A stretch of DNA of 62,880 nucleotides, filler included, from Sphacelaria rigidula (GCA_964200075.2; 9 parts of 9 records of this genome joined end to end with filler, not necessarily neighbours in it); one strand, 5' to 3'; positions 1 through 12,921 are shown, counted from the first letter of the whole stretch. Notes: generated by a model not told the origin, from the letters alone. Program-made: numbers and translations.

Positions 1-264
1 CTTCAACCTCATATTATGTTTCAACCCCAAAAATCAGGATCGGCTGTTAATAGGTTTCCCACAGGGTTGACTGCTGTTCCAGGTTTGCACGTACCGGACC
101 AACTGCTGTCCGCGGAGGATGAGATTGCTACATGTAGTCCACCAGCATTTTCCCCTCGGGTTCTAAGCTTTCAGGAATTAAATGAGGAGAAGATTTTGGA
201 TTCGGCGCTTGCAGTTATAGCCCCTGGCCGCCGATCATCCACTGTCGGTAAACAACGACAAACG

Positions 265-1150
265 TTGGACATCAACTACTTCACGTTTCCCTCTATCACG
301 CTCACGAGACGATTGTCCGAGTGACCGCCGCCCAAAGGGGCATTACTCTCACAGGGCAGCTGGCGCTATGCGCAGGATGCGTGGAATCAAAAAGGCGACG
401 CTCCGGGATCCCAAATTTAGGGACTTGGTCACCCATGGTCCTCGGCGTCGTCCACCTCGACCTCACAGGACCACATGCGCGGACACTAGGCAGGTAGGTC
501 ACTATACATGCTCGCCTGTGTGGATAGTTAGTCTCGTTCCATCATACGTTGCGGTTTGGCGAGGAAGGCGCATGCTTTGGCACGAGTGAAGGGAAACATA
601 GCCGCCGTCAACCAGTTCGGTGTTCCTCGGTGCTTCCGCATCGACAACGGGGATGAGGTTCGTTCGCAAGACTTCATGGATTTCTGTGACGAGGTACGGT
701 ATACAGGGCCCGACACGCCGAAGCACAACGCTGTGGCCGAGAGCACAATCTGGCGCATGATGAAGGCTGACCACGCTGCGTGATGCGAAGCTTCGCGCCT
801 CTTCCCCGCTAAAGACTTCACGGCTATCCCCGAACTCGGTTGCAACTTGGATAGACTCTGGTTGGAGTCCGCGGTCTGGGTCGCGGATGGCTTCAACCGC
901 TTCGCCACGATAGCTAACCCTGGGAGGGTCCCGCGGTACCAGGTTTTCACCGACCGTGCTCCTCCCCTTAATATCGTTCCCTGCCTTCAACCTGGGATGA
1001 TGAGGGTCACACGATGTTCCAAGATGGATCCGCAAGCTGTCAAATGCTACTATCTCAACAACGGCTGCAACCATTCATCCTCAACCGTCAAGGTCATCAA
1101 AGCCTCCACCGGCACCGTCTGTTATAGCAGCAACGTGGTCTGGACAGTGC
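265..1150 (+). mobile_element. Degenerate Ty1/copia LTR-retrotransposon integrase region (GAG-pre-integrase HHCC, rve core, SH3-like C-terminus)
   Basis: Frameshifted translation gives H..LYHAHET..TAAQRGITLTGQLALCAGCVESK, then RCFRIDNGDEV..FMDFC..RYTGPDTPKHNAVAESTIWRMMK (copia DNGxE / TPxxNGVAER), LWLESAVWVADGFNR and SKMDPQAVKCYYL. Stops and frameshifts are present. Confidence 0.88.
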
Positions 1151-1749
1151 CCCGTCTACCACTCCAACCATCAGCACCGCTCGACGAAAGGGGGGGGGGG
1201 GCGCTGCAACACTGAGACTTCAACTCTCGCCGCCGCCGCCGCCGCCGCCAACTTGCCGCCGCCACCAAACCATGCTCTCCCACCATGACATCATCCCGCA
1301 CACGCCGCCGCCATCCACAATCCGCCGCCGTCGCGAAACCAAGCCCACTCACAACCTCAATCCTATGCCCAGCAACAACCACAGCTCTTACCATCGCATC
1401 ATATCCATCACCAGCAGCAACCACACGAATACTATGGCTACTATCAGCAACAGCCGCCACCGTGGCAACAATATCAACAGCAATGGCACCACTATACTAC
1501 TCCGGAATGCAGCCCTCATCATCATCAATACCAACCTGCAGCTCCACGTCACGGCACATATCAGCAACATCAGCAGCCGGCAGCCCCCCCCACTACATCG
1601 CCTGTCGATAAGTTTCCTGCCGACCACCCACGACTACTAATTGCGCGTTCCATGCCCCCAGGCGAGTCTCGGTTTTGGTTTTGATGATTACGATTCACGC
1701 AGGTATGATGTGCTAGGTGGGGGTACTGCATCTGGTGAAGATGATCATG

Positions 1750-2130
1750 CAGAGGAATGGCTCGCAGGTACCGGCACGATGTATGATGTTACGGGTAGGG
1801 TAGATGCCGTTTTTGATTTATGACCCTCTCCTCAGGGCATGGAACATTTCGAGACGGGTAACGGGGCAGGACTCCCTGTGAAGGCAGTAGGTAGCGTGTA
1901 CTTGACATTTCACATGGGATCTTCGGATGTTTCAGTCCCCCCAAGAAACTTCCCAATACAGTTGACGGATGTCTACGTGGTAGAGGGCATCAAGTTCACT
2001 ATTTTCTCTCTTCATCACATGCAGGAGAGACATGGTATCGTTTTGAATTCCACTGGAGTACATTTGTTCAATGGTAGATTGCGATTTGACCGCAAACCGC
2101 GAATTTCATCACAGGTAGCGACGCGTCTTC
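1750..2130 (+). mobile_element. Degenerate copia-type aspartic protease / Pol beta-barrel region
   Basis: EEWLAGTGTMYDVTG (compare W..DSGAT.HMT), ETGNGAGLPVKAVGSVYL, LTDVYVVEGIKFTIFSL (compare L.DVL.VP.L..NL.S); in-frame TGA at 1821. Confidence 0.75.
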
Positions 2131-4128
2131 CCCCGTGTAACGTTAGTAAGTCTGACCCCTCAAGTACCGTAGTTTCGACTCCCTCAATCACTGTAGTTTC
2201 GTCATCCAGTGTAAGGTCAGATACACCTACTGTGGCGTCGCCAACCAGTGTACAGTCAGATACACGTACTCCTGTAGAGTCAGATTTCCATACTACGGTA
2301 AAGTCTTCACCGGCAGCTGCCCGGACTGTTTGCGATGAATCTGATTTCCGGAATTCTATCGTAGAATTTACCCCGGCGCATCATGCGCCCAATGTTACTG
2401 TAGCGTCTCGTAGTCAGCCCCCGAGTGAGGAAAGAGATTGTTTTCATTCTCCCCCCAGTATTGGCTCACACCATTATTCTGCCGAAGGCGTTGTGTCTCC
2501 CCCGTCGGTTTCTTTGTCCAGTTCGCCTCCGCTGCAAGCGTTCCGTATTACACATCAGGTGTCAGTATCCAGCCTGGTTACCCGGCAAGCGGTGTATCTT
2601 CCGTGCGACCTGTTCCGAACGTACAGCTTCTGCGACCACCGCCGTTAACGCTCGACGGCAGGGGGGGTTGTGGAGCGGGTACCGTCGCCGATCCGCCGGC
2701 ATTCCCGCAGCCGCTGATGAACGCGGAAAAACCTGAGCCGACGCCGCCGTCATTTTCATACCATTCTGCCCCATCGCCGAATTAACACCAACACATCTCC
2801 ACCTCTGCCGCGCCGCCGTTACCATCATTTCCACCCACCACAGGGCCGCAACATATAAACTTTCCCAGTACCGCTGTGCCGCCATCATTTCCACCCACCG
2901 TAGCACCGCCACTGTTGTATTTCCCCATTGCCGCTGTGCTACCGCCACCATTTCCATTCACCACCGCGCCACAACAACCATACTTCATCACAACCCCAAG
3001 TCCGACACGACTAATGCCAACACCACTGCCGCCATCACTGACACAATCTGCAGCACATTTCAATGCGTGACGTCGTCGGCGCCGGTGAAACGGAGCGAGG
3101 GGGGGCGGTGCCGAGAGGTTGGGGCAGGGAATTGATGCCGGTGGGGTGGAGCAAACATGAGGTGCCGGTTCGATCGAGGAGGGGGGGGCGTGACCATGGA
3201 AGAATGCCGAAAGCCGGAGATGGACTTCGGAGGATATTACTCTGAATCTGGGGTGTCAAGTGTTTATTTGTAGACCACTTCAACTTGATGGTAGATTCAT
3301 GCGTTAGACATTTTGATTTTGAGTGAAAGCGCAGCAGTGTGACTACTGTCCGAATGCAGTGATTTGACTAGTGGGCATCATATTTGCGACAGCGATTGGG
3401 ATGCTCGACAAGGATTTGTTTGATCTTGCATGGGGATATTACGCTTTGTAGTGTATCATGCATTTCACCACACTTCGATTTGACTTCGATTGCTGTGATT
3501 CACTCTTGGTTTTTCACATTATCACCGAGATGACGACACGATGGAAATTCTCCCTTCATGTGAGTTTGATTGTCGGCATGAAATTCGGAGACGGATACTA
3601 TTTGGTTAATAAATATACTGATCTTGGATTCGGGTCCATATGTTTGTGCAATATTTTAGGAAAAACACGTCCCGAGTTTGACATTTCATGTTCCCGAAAA
3701 TGGGGAGATGATATGGGGTCAGGGGAGCATATAATGTAGCAAGTGATTTTCTTTGATGACTTCTATTTTTTTCTAGCTCAGTCCCCCATGTATTTCGGCA
3801 CTTCCGTGGTGAGAAAAGTTCGTTTTTCTTGGTAGATTTTGAAAAAACACGTAATGAGTTGTGATACTTAATGCCCCCGAAAGTGGTGAGATGATGTGAA
3901 GTCAGGGAGGCATCTGGTTCAGGAGACAATGTTACTTGATGATTTTGTTTTTTTTGCTGAGTCTTCCATATATCCCGACGTTTGTGCTTTTAATTTGTCT
4001 AATCTCATGGGATAGAACTAAGCCACGACGCGGGGGGCTAATTGACTATCGTCGAGCTAAACACTAGTAGATGTGTACGTGGATTAATTCGGGTACATGC
4101 GGTGCAGATTGATGACATATTAGACTGC

Positions 4129-4368
4129 TGCCGAGATAGCCCCCCCCCCCCGAACCGGCCAAAAAAGCGCATGGGGGCGATGATCATAAATGCCGTTAGA
4201 GATGGCTTCGTGCGGCACAACGCGACTCATTTGGGCGTTATAGCTGATTCTGGACTGCTATACGTCTCTCATGTGGCAAAAATTGCTGCAAACGATCCCA
4301 ATGATGGGATCGCAACTGGTTTGTCAGACAGTCTCCGGTGCACTTTTCGTGGGGGGGCTATCTCGGCA
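4129..4368. mobile_element. Putative MITE with 18-bp terminal inverted repeats
   Basis: TGCCGAGATAGCCCCCCC at 4129 and its reverse complement GGGGGGGCTATCTCGGCA ending at 4368; no clear TSD. Confidence 0.5.
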
Positions 4369-6164
4369 TTAGTCATCATGGATGTCGGATTTCGTCTACG
4401 TTCACGGATTGTGTTATGACTTGATGTATGATATATGAGGGAGCCCGACATGCGATCCTACCTACCGTGGTCAGTTCTGTTTTGGGTGCCTTTTGGCCTT
4501 TGCGTTTGGGTTGGAGAGAGCAGCTCGGGTAGAGCGTGCACGGTTGATGTTTGGTCACTGAAGGTGATGATAGTTTCATGTAAGAAGGTATACACATTCT
4601 CCTGTCCAGAGCGCGTCCTCTACGGGACGGTCCCTTTATCATATACACTGCACCTCCAGCTATGTGTGATGTATACTGCACACCTGTACTCACCGTGGCA
4701 TCGTTCCCTTGAACGCTGTCCACTCATATACTTCATCGTCGTATCCTACATACCCGCTACAACAGCACTCGGAGTCCCATGGAGCGGCGTTTCATATCAC
4801 TGGCGGTCGAAGGAAAGATGCTCGACGATGACCTCGTCGATCGCCTTAATCGTGAAATAACTCTCTCCTGGCGTCCCCCCTCCCCGTACCACATAATACG
4901 TGTCTCGGCGAGAAGCGCCATGAAAAACTACTCGAGATTACCTTCCCCTCGATATTATGGTCATTGGCCTAGTCGCCCTCGAGAAGGCAGCCTCAGTACA
5001 CCTTTGTCCCGTTATGTTCTCACGAACAGAGGCTCGAGCCGTATGTGCCAGATTGCAATGCACAGCTGCGCAGTAACAACCGACCCAGATCCAAACCACA
5101 GAAGTAGTTCAAATCCAAATGTTCACAGAAATCAGATTATCTCCTTGTAGTTTACAATATGAACCAGAGCCAACAGTTTCCCCACGATAATAAAGCTCAC
5201 TGGTGAGGACTCACTTGGAACTCAGAGCAACGGTGGCAAAGCTGGTGATATATATCCTGGGCCCGGAATAGAGTGCTCATGGTGGGCGCTCGGGGCGGCC
5301 GAGTGACTACCTTACGCAGGAATTCTACCTGTATCTTATCATGATACAATAACCAAAGAGCATAATTCCCCCATCCAACGAACGTTCCGGGAACACTATC
5401 TGTTGTGCACATGACCATTCGATGTGCAGCAGACGTCAACCATACTGTATCTTTCATCGACTATTCAGAACATCAAATTGGATCTTCCAACAAGCTGACG
5501 TCTCTCGACGGCTAATCAAGATTCATATCCAAACGTTGATTTATTCCGAGATATGTATGTCCAAAACGTTGCTGTACATTATCGACGCCAGTCCCTTCTA
5601 CTACCATAACATCGAACAGAATCGCCCGTCACCAAGCTGACTTACCCCGGTATCATCCCCCGACGTACGCCCTGGGCGCGGGGCTCCTTCGCTTGAGCAC
5701 GATTTCCTCTAGAAACGCGGCGCTCGTGAGGACCGGTGTTTTGTCCAAGTCGGGTGCCTCGAGGGGCACAAAAGAGTGATCCACGAATGCTTCCGGTAGC
5801 GTCAAATACGTGAGAACAGCATTGCTACAAGCGCTCCTCATAGTTGATGCTTTGGGCGCCCGGGTAGATGAACCCGTCTCGCTGCCCTTCATGTGCCAAG
5901 TCAAACGTCATCCCGAAACCCGTGATGGTCGCAAGGGGAATCACGCGCTGGTTTCCTTGGCTGACCGTGTCTGAGCAACCCTTGAACCATCGACCTCCTC
6001 CGCTTCCCGCCTGGTGTAGGTTGCGAATCCAGGCCGTGATAGCACCGACATCGAACCTTTTATCCGACAAAAATGTCTCCTCCCGTGGGATTGGTGCTTT
6101 GCGCGCGATCGCCACAGGCGCGACGCGCTGTGCTCTGTTTCCCCCTGCGTTGATGTGAATAGGA

Positions 6165-6250
6165 GCTGTGTGTGTTGTCGTCACATCTGTTCTGGATGCC
6201 AGTCTACACCTCTCCGTAGATTTGGGCGCACAGCCGGGGTCATACAGGAA
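6165..6250 (-). mobile_element. 5'-truncated SINE family A (3' tail only)
   Basis: Matches the tail CCCCGGCTG-TGCGCCCA...CCAGAA.AGATG.GACGACAACACAC of the full copies at 20428 and 23218. Confidence 0.7.
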
Positions 6251-6898
6251 AATGACGGTTTCGGTCAACGCTGTAAGCTCACAGAGTCGATGAATTGCGC
6301 TGAAAAAGTATCTACGCGATCGAGGGGCATTANNNNNNNNNNCATTAGACCGACAAAAACGTCACTGGGAACCATCGCTGAAAGTGTGTGGAAAGCACTG
6401 TTTTAGGCTTGAACCTCATCTCAGAGTTAAATCTCAATTCGCACAATTTGTTGTTAATGGTGATCGCGCTGTTGGACGTGTCGCAGCCACGTCGGCTTTC
6501 CGGACCAGCAGTGTATTGCGCCCGAGAAGAGTATTCTTCTGTTTCGTGAGCGCGAATAAGTTCGTCGCCACGTTTCGTTCGGTTGTGTCCTGATCCGCAC
6601 ATGTTCCAGCAAGACCGGTCGCGGCAACGAGTTACGAGGCCTTACTTAGATGCTGGGACAAAGGTAATGCTCCCCGACGCAGAGGTCGTGTACGCTGCAA
6701 TCGACACACATGCGTGATGCACGTAAGCGCACCCTTCAGTATCACGTGAGTTTCGGACCAATGTCAATCATTACCCTCGATTCTGTACATGGCGAAATGG
6801 CACTCGTCTCGGTAGCGTTAGAGTCATCCTACAATAGGGGGGGGAGGTTTTGGGCCATTTGTTGCTCGAAATTTCGAGTCAGATCGTCGTTGAATGCA

Positions 6899-6998
6899 NN
6901 NNNNNNNNNNNNNNNNNNNNNNNNNNNNNNNNNNNNNNNNNNTTAATTAATTAANNNNNNNNNNNNNNNNNNNNNNNNNNNNNNNNNNNNNNNNNNNN
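6899..6998. other. Artificial contig linker (44 N + TTAATTAATTAA + 44 N); same linker at 13897-13996, 20895-20994, 27893-27992, 34891-34990, 41889-41988, 48887-48986, 55884-55983
   Basis: The same 100-bp N/stop-codon spacer occurs eight times and separates segments of 6898 or 6897 bp, as expected for size-sorted concatenated contigs. Confidence 0.98.
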
Positions 6999-7632
6999 AA
7001 AACATGCAGTCGAGAGGCACGCAGCGGCACTTGACTCTTATCTTACAGACCACCACGCCAAACAACACCCGTTCACAGGACCATGCAAACACCATCCAAC
7101 TCATTCTCAGCTACCACCGCAACCCTGCAGCATAGAGCACGAGTTGAGCACAGGGATGGATGCACGAAAGTAGTTGGGTAGTGCTTTGTTTATTTTTTGT
7201 TGGCGAAAACTTGCGCATTTTCTCTCATGGTAGTCATCAGGGACGGAACTGCGTGCGGTACGGTGGGCAACCGAGTTGCGTGCACGCCCATGGACAATGC
7301 AGGCAGTACAAAGATGCACGTTGCTGAAGTTATTTTCAAGTCGCGTTATAAGCAGAGAGAACTGATGGTCTTGGGCTGTCTGCGCTGCACATTGTCCGCT
7401 TCCCCTTTATCTTCTCCTGTACGAAGCACGCACATACGCACTCAAGACACCCTCCTTGCAAGCAGTGCTAACAGTACAGGCCATTTACCGTTTCACGAAT
7501 TCCCCTGTCTTTTTTCGATCGAAAGCTTGAAAATCCATCCCGACCCAACTGCATCAAAACGAGAATTTTCCGCTTGACTCAATTCCACCGCTCGTTTTTT
7601 CGTTCGCAAAAGAAAGTGCTAAGACACGCCCT
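6999..7632. repeat. Dispersed repeat, homologous to 39185-39837 (probable non-autonomous DNA transposon)
   Basis: About 630 bp colinear with contig 6 (e.g. CAACTCATTCTCAGC, TTGGCGAAAACTTGCGCA, CGAAAGCTTGAAA..CATCC, ..AAGACA.GCCCT end). Confidence 0.85.
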
Positions 7633-8324
7633 TACTTGACACTCTTCTCGTATGAAATGCTGAAAAAATGGGGAAGGTCCACATCGGCAAACTGTGAGCA
7701 TGTGCTTCATTCAACCATCATGTTACCCATCATGATAGCAGAAGTTGCTGCGAAAGATTGCCGACAGTCATCAACACGCGGAGATGTCTCATTGCTCAAC
7801 TATTATAGTATGTCACACATGTCAAGTCGACTGTACAGACTGACTCGTTGTATTGCTCCACCGGGAAGTCGTTGCCCAGTTGTTTCCTCACTCGAGCTGT
7901 TGGGTTGTTGAGCGTGCCTGACTGAACCCTTGGGCTGCTAGCATCCCCTTGGATCAGTTTCGCCGGCCGATGGTCCAGAGTGTTCCGGGGTTTCGGGCGG
8001 GCGAGTAGGAATATGTGCTCATGACAATATATTCCGAAGTCATGAGACCGTTGATCTCGCACCCTTACAAAGCCGGGGGGGGTGGGGGCAAGAGGGGGTG
8101 CAGTGCCTGATCTCAGATCAACTTGAAAGCTTACACAGTCAACCGTGCATGTTTGAAAGTTTCCGGGGAGCAACTCCCAATCGGGCACCAAGCTCCAAGG
8201 ATGACCATTTCGACTGTATTGGTTGGTCAATTCGGTAACCATGTTTCTCTATAGAACACCAACAGGGTACCCCATTATGGCCGCGTTTTGACCGTTTGGG
8301 TACCGACCACTTGACTGTTGAAAC

Positions 8325-8986
8325 CAGGGTTGCATATCGGACCGAGAATAGAGTTCGATACGATATTTTTGGGATTGTTTTTTAATATCGACCTACAATC
8401 GGCAATGCCAATATTTTCGTCGATATCCCGAGCATGACACGATACGTATCGAGCATCGATAGTTGATACGATACGGCTGTTTTGTTATGGCCGCAGTGTA
8501 CAAGACCGAGCGGTACACGCACACACTGGCACCCTCACTTACTATTGTAGGCTGCATAAGATACCACATCCCTCAGACTGATTTTCAAAGCTCACTTACT
8601 CCTCACCACAAACAATGCGGGGGCTAAACTGGCCGGGGTTGCAACCATCTCGTCGAGAGCTTTCCAAAACGTGTCGTTTGATGTTGGCATACCCTCTTCG
8701 TTGTGGAGTAATCGAGCTTTGAAAATCACTCCTGAGGGTATGGTATCTGATGTAACCTACAATCATAAGTGAGGGTACCAATGTGCCAGTGTACCGCTCG
8801 ATCTCGTACACTGCGGCCATACCATACCAAAACAGCCGTATCGTATTGAATATCGATACTCGATACGTACCGTGTCATTTTCGGAATATCGACAAATATC
8901 GGTATGCTGCGCTCCGATATCGATACTGCGCATCGCCTACATTTATCGAAATCGTATCGATTATTAATATCCGATGTGCAACCCTG
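8325..8986. mobile_element. hAT-like non-autonomous fold-back element
   Basis: TIRs CAGGGTTGCATATCGGA / TCCGATGTGCAACCCTG; flanks GTTGAAAC / GTTGAAGT (6/8 TSD); internal inverted arms of about 180 bp (8415-8593 vs 8714-8895). Confidence 0.8.
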
Positions 8987-10054
8987 GTTGAAGTGTACAA
9001 AAAAAAATGGGCTTTCTGCTCTGTGAGTAGCGTTGGCCCCCTGCGTAGTCTCTCTTGCCATTGCCAAGATAGTTTTTCTGAACCTCGTGGTTCTGTTGTG
9101 GAGCGCAAATCAGAGAGGAAAACAGTCCGCAGCGGGCTGTGTGTGGTCGCAAGCGATGACACGCTGAGTGTTTTGTAAAGTTGTATTCAGCCTCTGCTGA
9201 GTGCGTTTGTATGCACGGCACGGTACCACCAGCAGTGGTACAGACGGTAAAAACGAAACGAGGAAGTACACGGGCGACCATGTGATAAGCGCGCAGGATC
9301 AAAAACATGCTGGAGGTGTGCCAGCATTGCCCCAAAAGCACCAAGAAGTACGAAGAGATTTTGTATGCGTATTGCTTGCGCAGATATGTCGCAGCAGCAA
9401 TGACCGCCAGCTCGCACCACTAGCCGAGCATGAAAGCGTACGACTGGGTATTGCACCCCTACACTCGGGCAAAGCTTGTACTGAAAGAAAAGTGGCCAGT
9501 GCTGCCACTACTTTTCTATTTTATGCATGGCCCACTAAATCGCTTGATTATTCAACGGGATCCCGTCTGATTGCGCCGCAAGTAAAGCCGAATTGCATGT
9601 TTTTACCCCAGTGACGCCAAATTGCGTGGAGATACGCCTCCAGCGGGAGTCGGCCGTGAACTCATGGTACTGGCAGGATCCAGTATACTGGACGCTGACG
9701 CTACCAGCATACAGTACACTGGCTGGCTGCGCCATTACCGAGCCTTCTTTCAGAAAGCATTCGCTCCACGAAGACGAGTCAGCAAATACATACATGCATG
9801 CACGTGGGTTGTGACCCAAAACTGATCAGCGTTACTCCAGCACTGATTTCTCAACGGATGGACGTTTTCATGAAGATGAGCGTCTTGTCTGTGGAAAGGA
9901 GTATATCTGAAGCCCCAAATGTGCCATAAGCGATGTGAGGCGACCTGAGGAGGGGGGGGAGGGGGGCATCGTAGCTCAAGCGTTCAGCGTGAAAGATTGC
10001 CGTGTTTTTTACGCCGCTCAAGTGTCGCACCCCCTCCCTCCTCGTCAGGTGAAA

Positions 10055-10145
10055 ATCCGGCGTGCTTCGTCCCGGCCTTGCAGGGATGTGAGGTCAATGG
10101 TCAGATGACTACGGCATGCAAAATCATTAGTACACCCACGCCCCC
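10055..10145 (+). repeat. LINE-tail-like dispersed repeat (other copies at about 22700-22780 +, 26138-26225 -, 54095-54190 -, 55985-56038 +)
   Basis: Shared core GGGATG(C/T)GAGGTCAATGGTC..GACTACGGCATGCA..ATCAT.AGTACACCCC, which resembles the 3' end of the LINE at 48055-48130. Confidence 0.65.
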
Positions 10146-10632
10146 GCTAGAGGATTGATGTTCGAATCATTTGCATGATTTCCTTAAAATTGTTCAACTT
10201 TCGATCGCGAATCGGAATGAACGGGCTAGATCGCCGAGGTTAATATTTTTCTGTGATGGCCCAGTGGTTGATACTTGCCGGCAGATCCCAATCACTTGTG
10301 CACACTTCCGCCTCCTCAACCCCCCTGCGAACGAATGACAACCAAGAGCAAGAGTCCATCGTGGTTGTGATTGGTAGTGGGCGATTCAACATCGTAATTC
10401 TGAACAAAGGATTGGATGAGTGAAGTAAAAAACACCCCGAGAAATTCCCCAAAGCGGTCCCGAAACAACCTTAGCACACCCCCTCCCCAATTACAATATC
10501 CACAGCAGGAAGATATGATAGTAATTTAGTTCATAAGTGTCTGTGATGTTAATTAATTAATTCATCAATTAATTAAATGAAGATTGTTTGAGGATGGATG
10601 GGGGATGGGATTGAATGGATGGTTGGTTGAAT

Positions 10633-10963
10633 GTGTGTGTTGTCCCATCCATTCTGGACGCCAGTCTACACCTCTCGGTATATGTGGGCGTACCAGCCGG
10701 GGGCACACAGGAGGAAGGTCAACACAGAAGTTCATTATTTTTTATTTGTTTTTAGTACCCCACCTTCCTTCTTCGGTGCTTGCCCTTTTTTTATCGCGAG
10801 AGGGGTCCAGCAGTCCCTTTCCCTCGTCGACTGTTATGTCGAATGTTGTGTACCCACGACATAGTCGCTCTCCACGGTTGGACTTTGTGTGAGAAAAAAA
10901 ATTTAGTTTGCTCCGAGAATTGAACCCACAACCCAGCCGTCTGGAGGTGTCGAGGGTACCAAC
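10633..10963 (-). mobile_element. tRNA-derived SINE family A, slightly 5'-truncated, with 21-bp TSD
   Basis: B-box-like GGTTCAATTC, body and (AC)n tail match the other copies; flanked by TGAATGGATGGTTGGTTGAAT (10612-10632) and TGAATGGATGGCTGGTTGAAT (10964-10984). Confidence 0.85.
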
Positions 10964-12049
10964 TGAATGGATGGCTGGTTGAATTTCCTTTTTTGGACAA
11001 GGGAAATACAATATGGGCAAATACACCCTAAATATCAGTAAATCTAACCCTAACATCGCAGGCACCTACGTCGGGGAGATATAATGTGCACCTCATGACC
11101 GACTTCACTGATGGGACAACGGAAGTATGTCGCAAATGCTTGCTTACTCGGTGTCCTTGATGTGGAACTGTATATGTAGGCGCTTCGAAGAGACAGACCT
11201 ACACTTTACCTAGCAAGACTTGTTGTCTCTTGCATCTTTTGACCATGTAGTGTCCAGGGTGTGAAATTGCAAAATAAGAAAACGAAAACTTTACTACGCG
11301 AAGCGTAGCACACATTGTCCGGCGTGTGGAGTAGTTGCAGTACGAATAGCTACAGGAAGCTCTGTAGAGGTATTTGTCATTTGTCGTGATTGTAGGTCAC
11401 GTGTCAGTCTGTGATGAGCTTCTCCATCTTCAGAGGGAGAAGATGATGACCAGGATAACGCCCGTGTCTCAATCTGGACAGCACCGTGTATATACATTTT
11501 TTTCATTTGACCAGTTTTTTTTTTCTTCACGTTCTGTGGGCTTATCGCTGCGGTATCCCCCTTCCCCGCTCTCCCCATCGTTCCAGATTGATGGGTTTCA
11601 TTGTTTGATTGATGGATTATTTGTTGCACTATTACTCATCCCACGAGATCCAGCTGTGGCCACATGACATTTTTTAGCGTTTTCTGTTTCAATTTTTCTT
11701 CTAGAACGTCGGTTTTGCATGGAGGGTGCAGCCTTCCCAGCACGCGTCGGCCGCTACTCGTAGCCCCAGTCCACCGTATCTGATACTTTGCTCACACGTG
11801 TGTCATCTCCATCCGCGTCCTTTCCGTGACATTTTCCCAACGCCGGGTATGACCCTGTAGTTGCGGGTTATTAGAATAGTGTCGCAAGTGCGGGTGAAGC
11901 CTCCCGGGAAATGTTGTCGAAAAATTTGCTAACGCGAAACAGATTTCATGAGGTCCAATTCGACGCACAAGGAAAATCAGTATGAGTAAAAGAACATTTA
12001 ACAACGTTTTCGTGACATTGAGAGTTGAAGGTACGATCAAGAGTGAACA

Positions 12050-12300
12050 GCGGTCAATTAGTGAAAAAGTCGTTTCAGTTCCGAAATGCACCTCCACCAG
12101 GCCCAATATTCCCTCTGTAGTAGCTTGCCACTGAGGCCCTTAATACCCCTGAGTAGGATATCAACGTGTAGCTGTAAGCACATGACAGTGATGAGACGAC
12201 GAAAAGCACACACGGAAAGGAAAATGGCCAGGTTAAAGCGAATGATCAAAGCCACTCTCAATCTCACGAAAACGTTGTTATTTGTGCTCCAAGGGGAACA
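12050..12300. repeat. Dispersed repeat, inverted homolog at about 34030-34310 (within a UBA1 intron)
   Basis: CCCCTGAGTAGGATATCAACGTGTAG...CTCAATCTCACGAAAAC matches the reverse complement of 34060-34210. Confidence 0.7.
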
Positions 12301-12921
12301 GGGAGGTAGCAACCGCAGGGGGGACGCGAGGAGGTGATATGGTACACAACGTGCAATGCAACCGCACATGAAACTGAGTCTCCCCCCCCCCCGGCCATAA
12401 ACGAAAACATATAGGTCGAGCCCAATATGGCTGTTGGTCTGCTGAGGATGATGTGCTCGGTCTGAGTCGAATGTATTCAGAGTTGAAGGAGAGGTGGTCA
12501 TTTGCATGAGGAAGTGCGTCGGAAATACCCTCACAAAGGGGTCAGGAACGCCATGTTTGCGTTAGTAGGAGTGACGGTGCCCGCCGTCGCTCTCTCCTTA
12601 CGACCCTGAACAACTTTTGCGTCGAGCAAGGGCTGTTATGTGTGGAGGATTGGATCAGAAGAGTTGGCGCTAGAGCTAAACGCGCAACTGTACTGTACGA
12701 TACATGCACTGTAGTAGTAACACCGAAATTCACACGAGCCTCTCCCGAGGAGAAACCGATGAAATTGGCAGCTCCTGCAAATCTCTGCCTTCACCTGATT
12801 TTCCAATAGTTGAGTTACCATTCGGGTCAGACGAGAGTTCCGCGCAAGTTGCCCAAGGAGATACCGCGTGTACGTACGATGCAAAAACACCGCTTTAAGC
12901 AGTAGACGGTACTGTACCGGT

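Noticed and set aside
5420..5570. Copia reverse transcriptase remnant (NWIFQQADVS resembling W.L.QxDV)
   Set aside because: Only one short motif with no supporting downstream YVDD region; too weak to call.
10548..10562. Cryptic assembly linker TTAATTAATTAA (also at 62257)
   Set aside because: No flanking Ns, and both lie within the same natural dispersed repeat.
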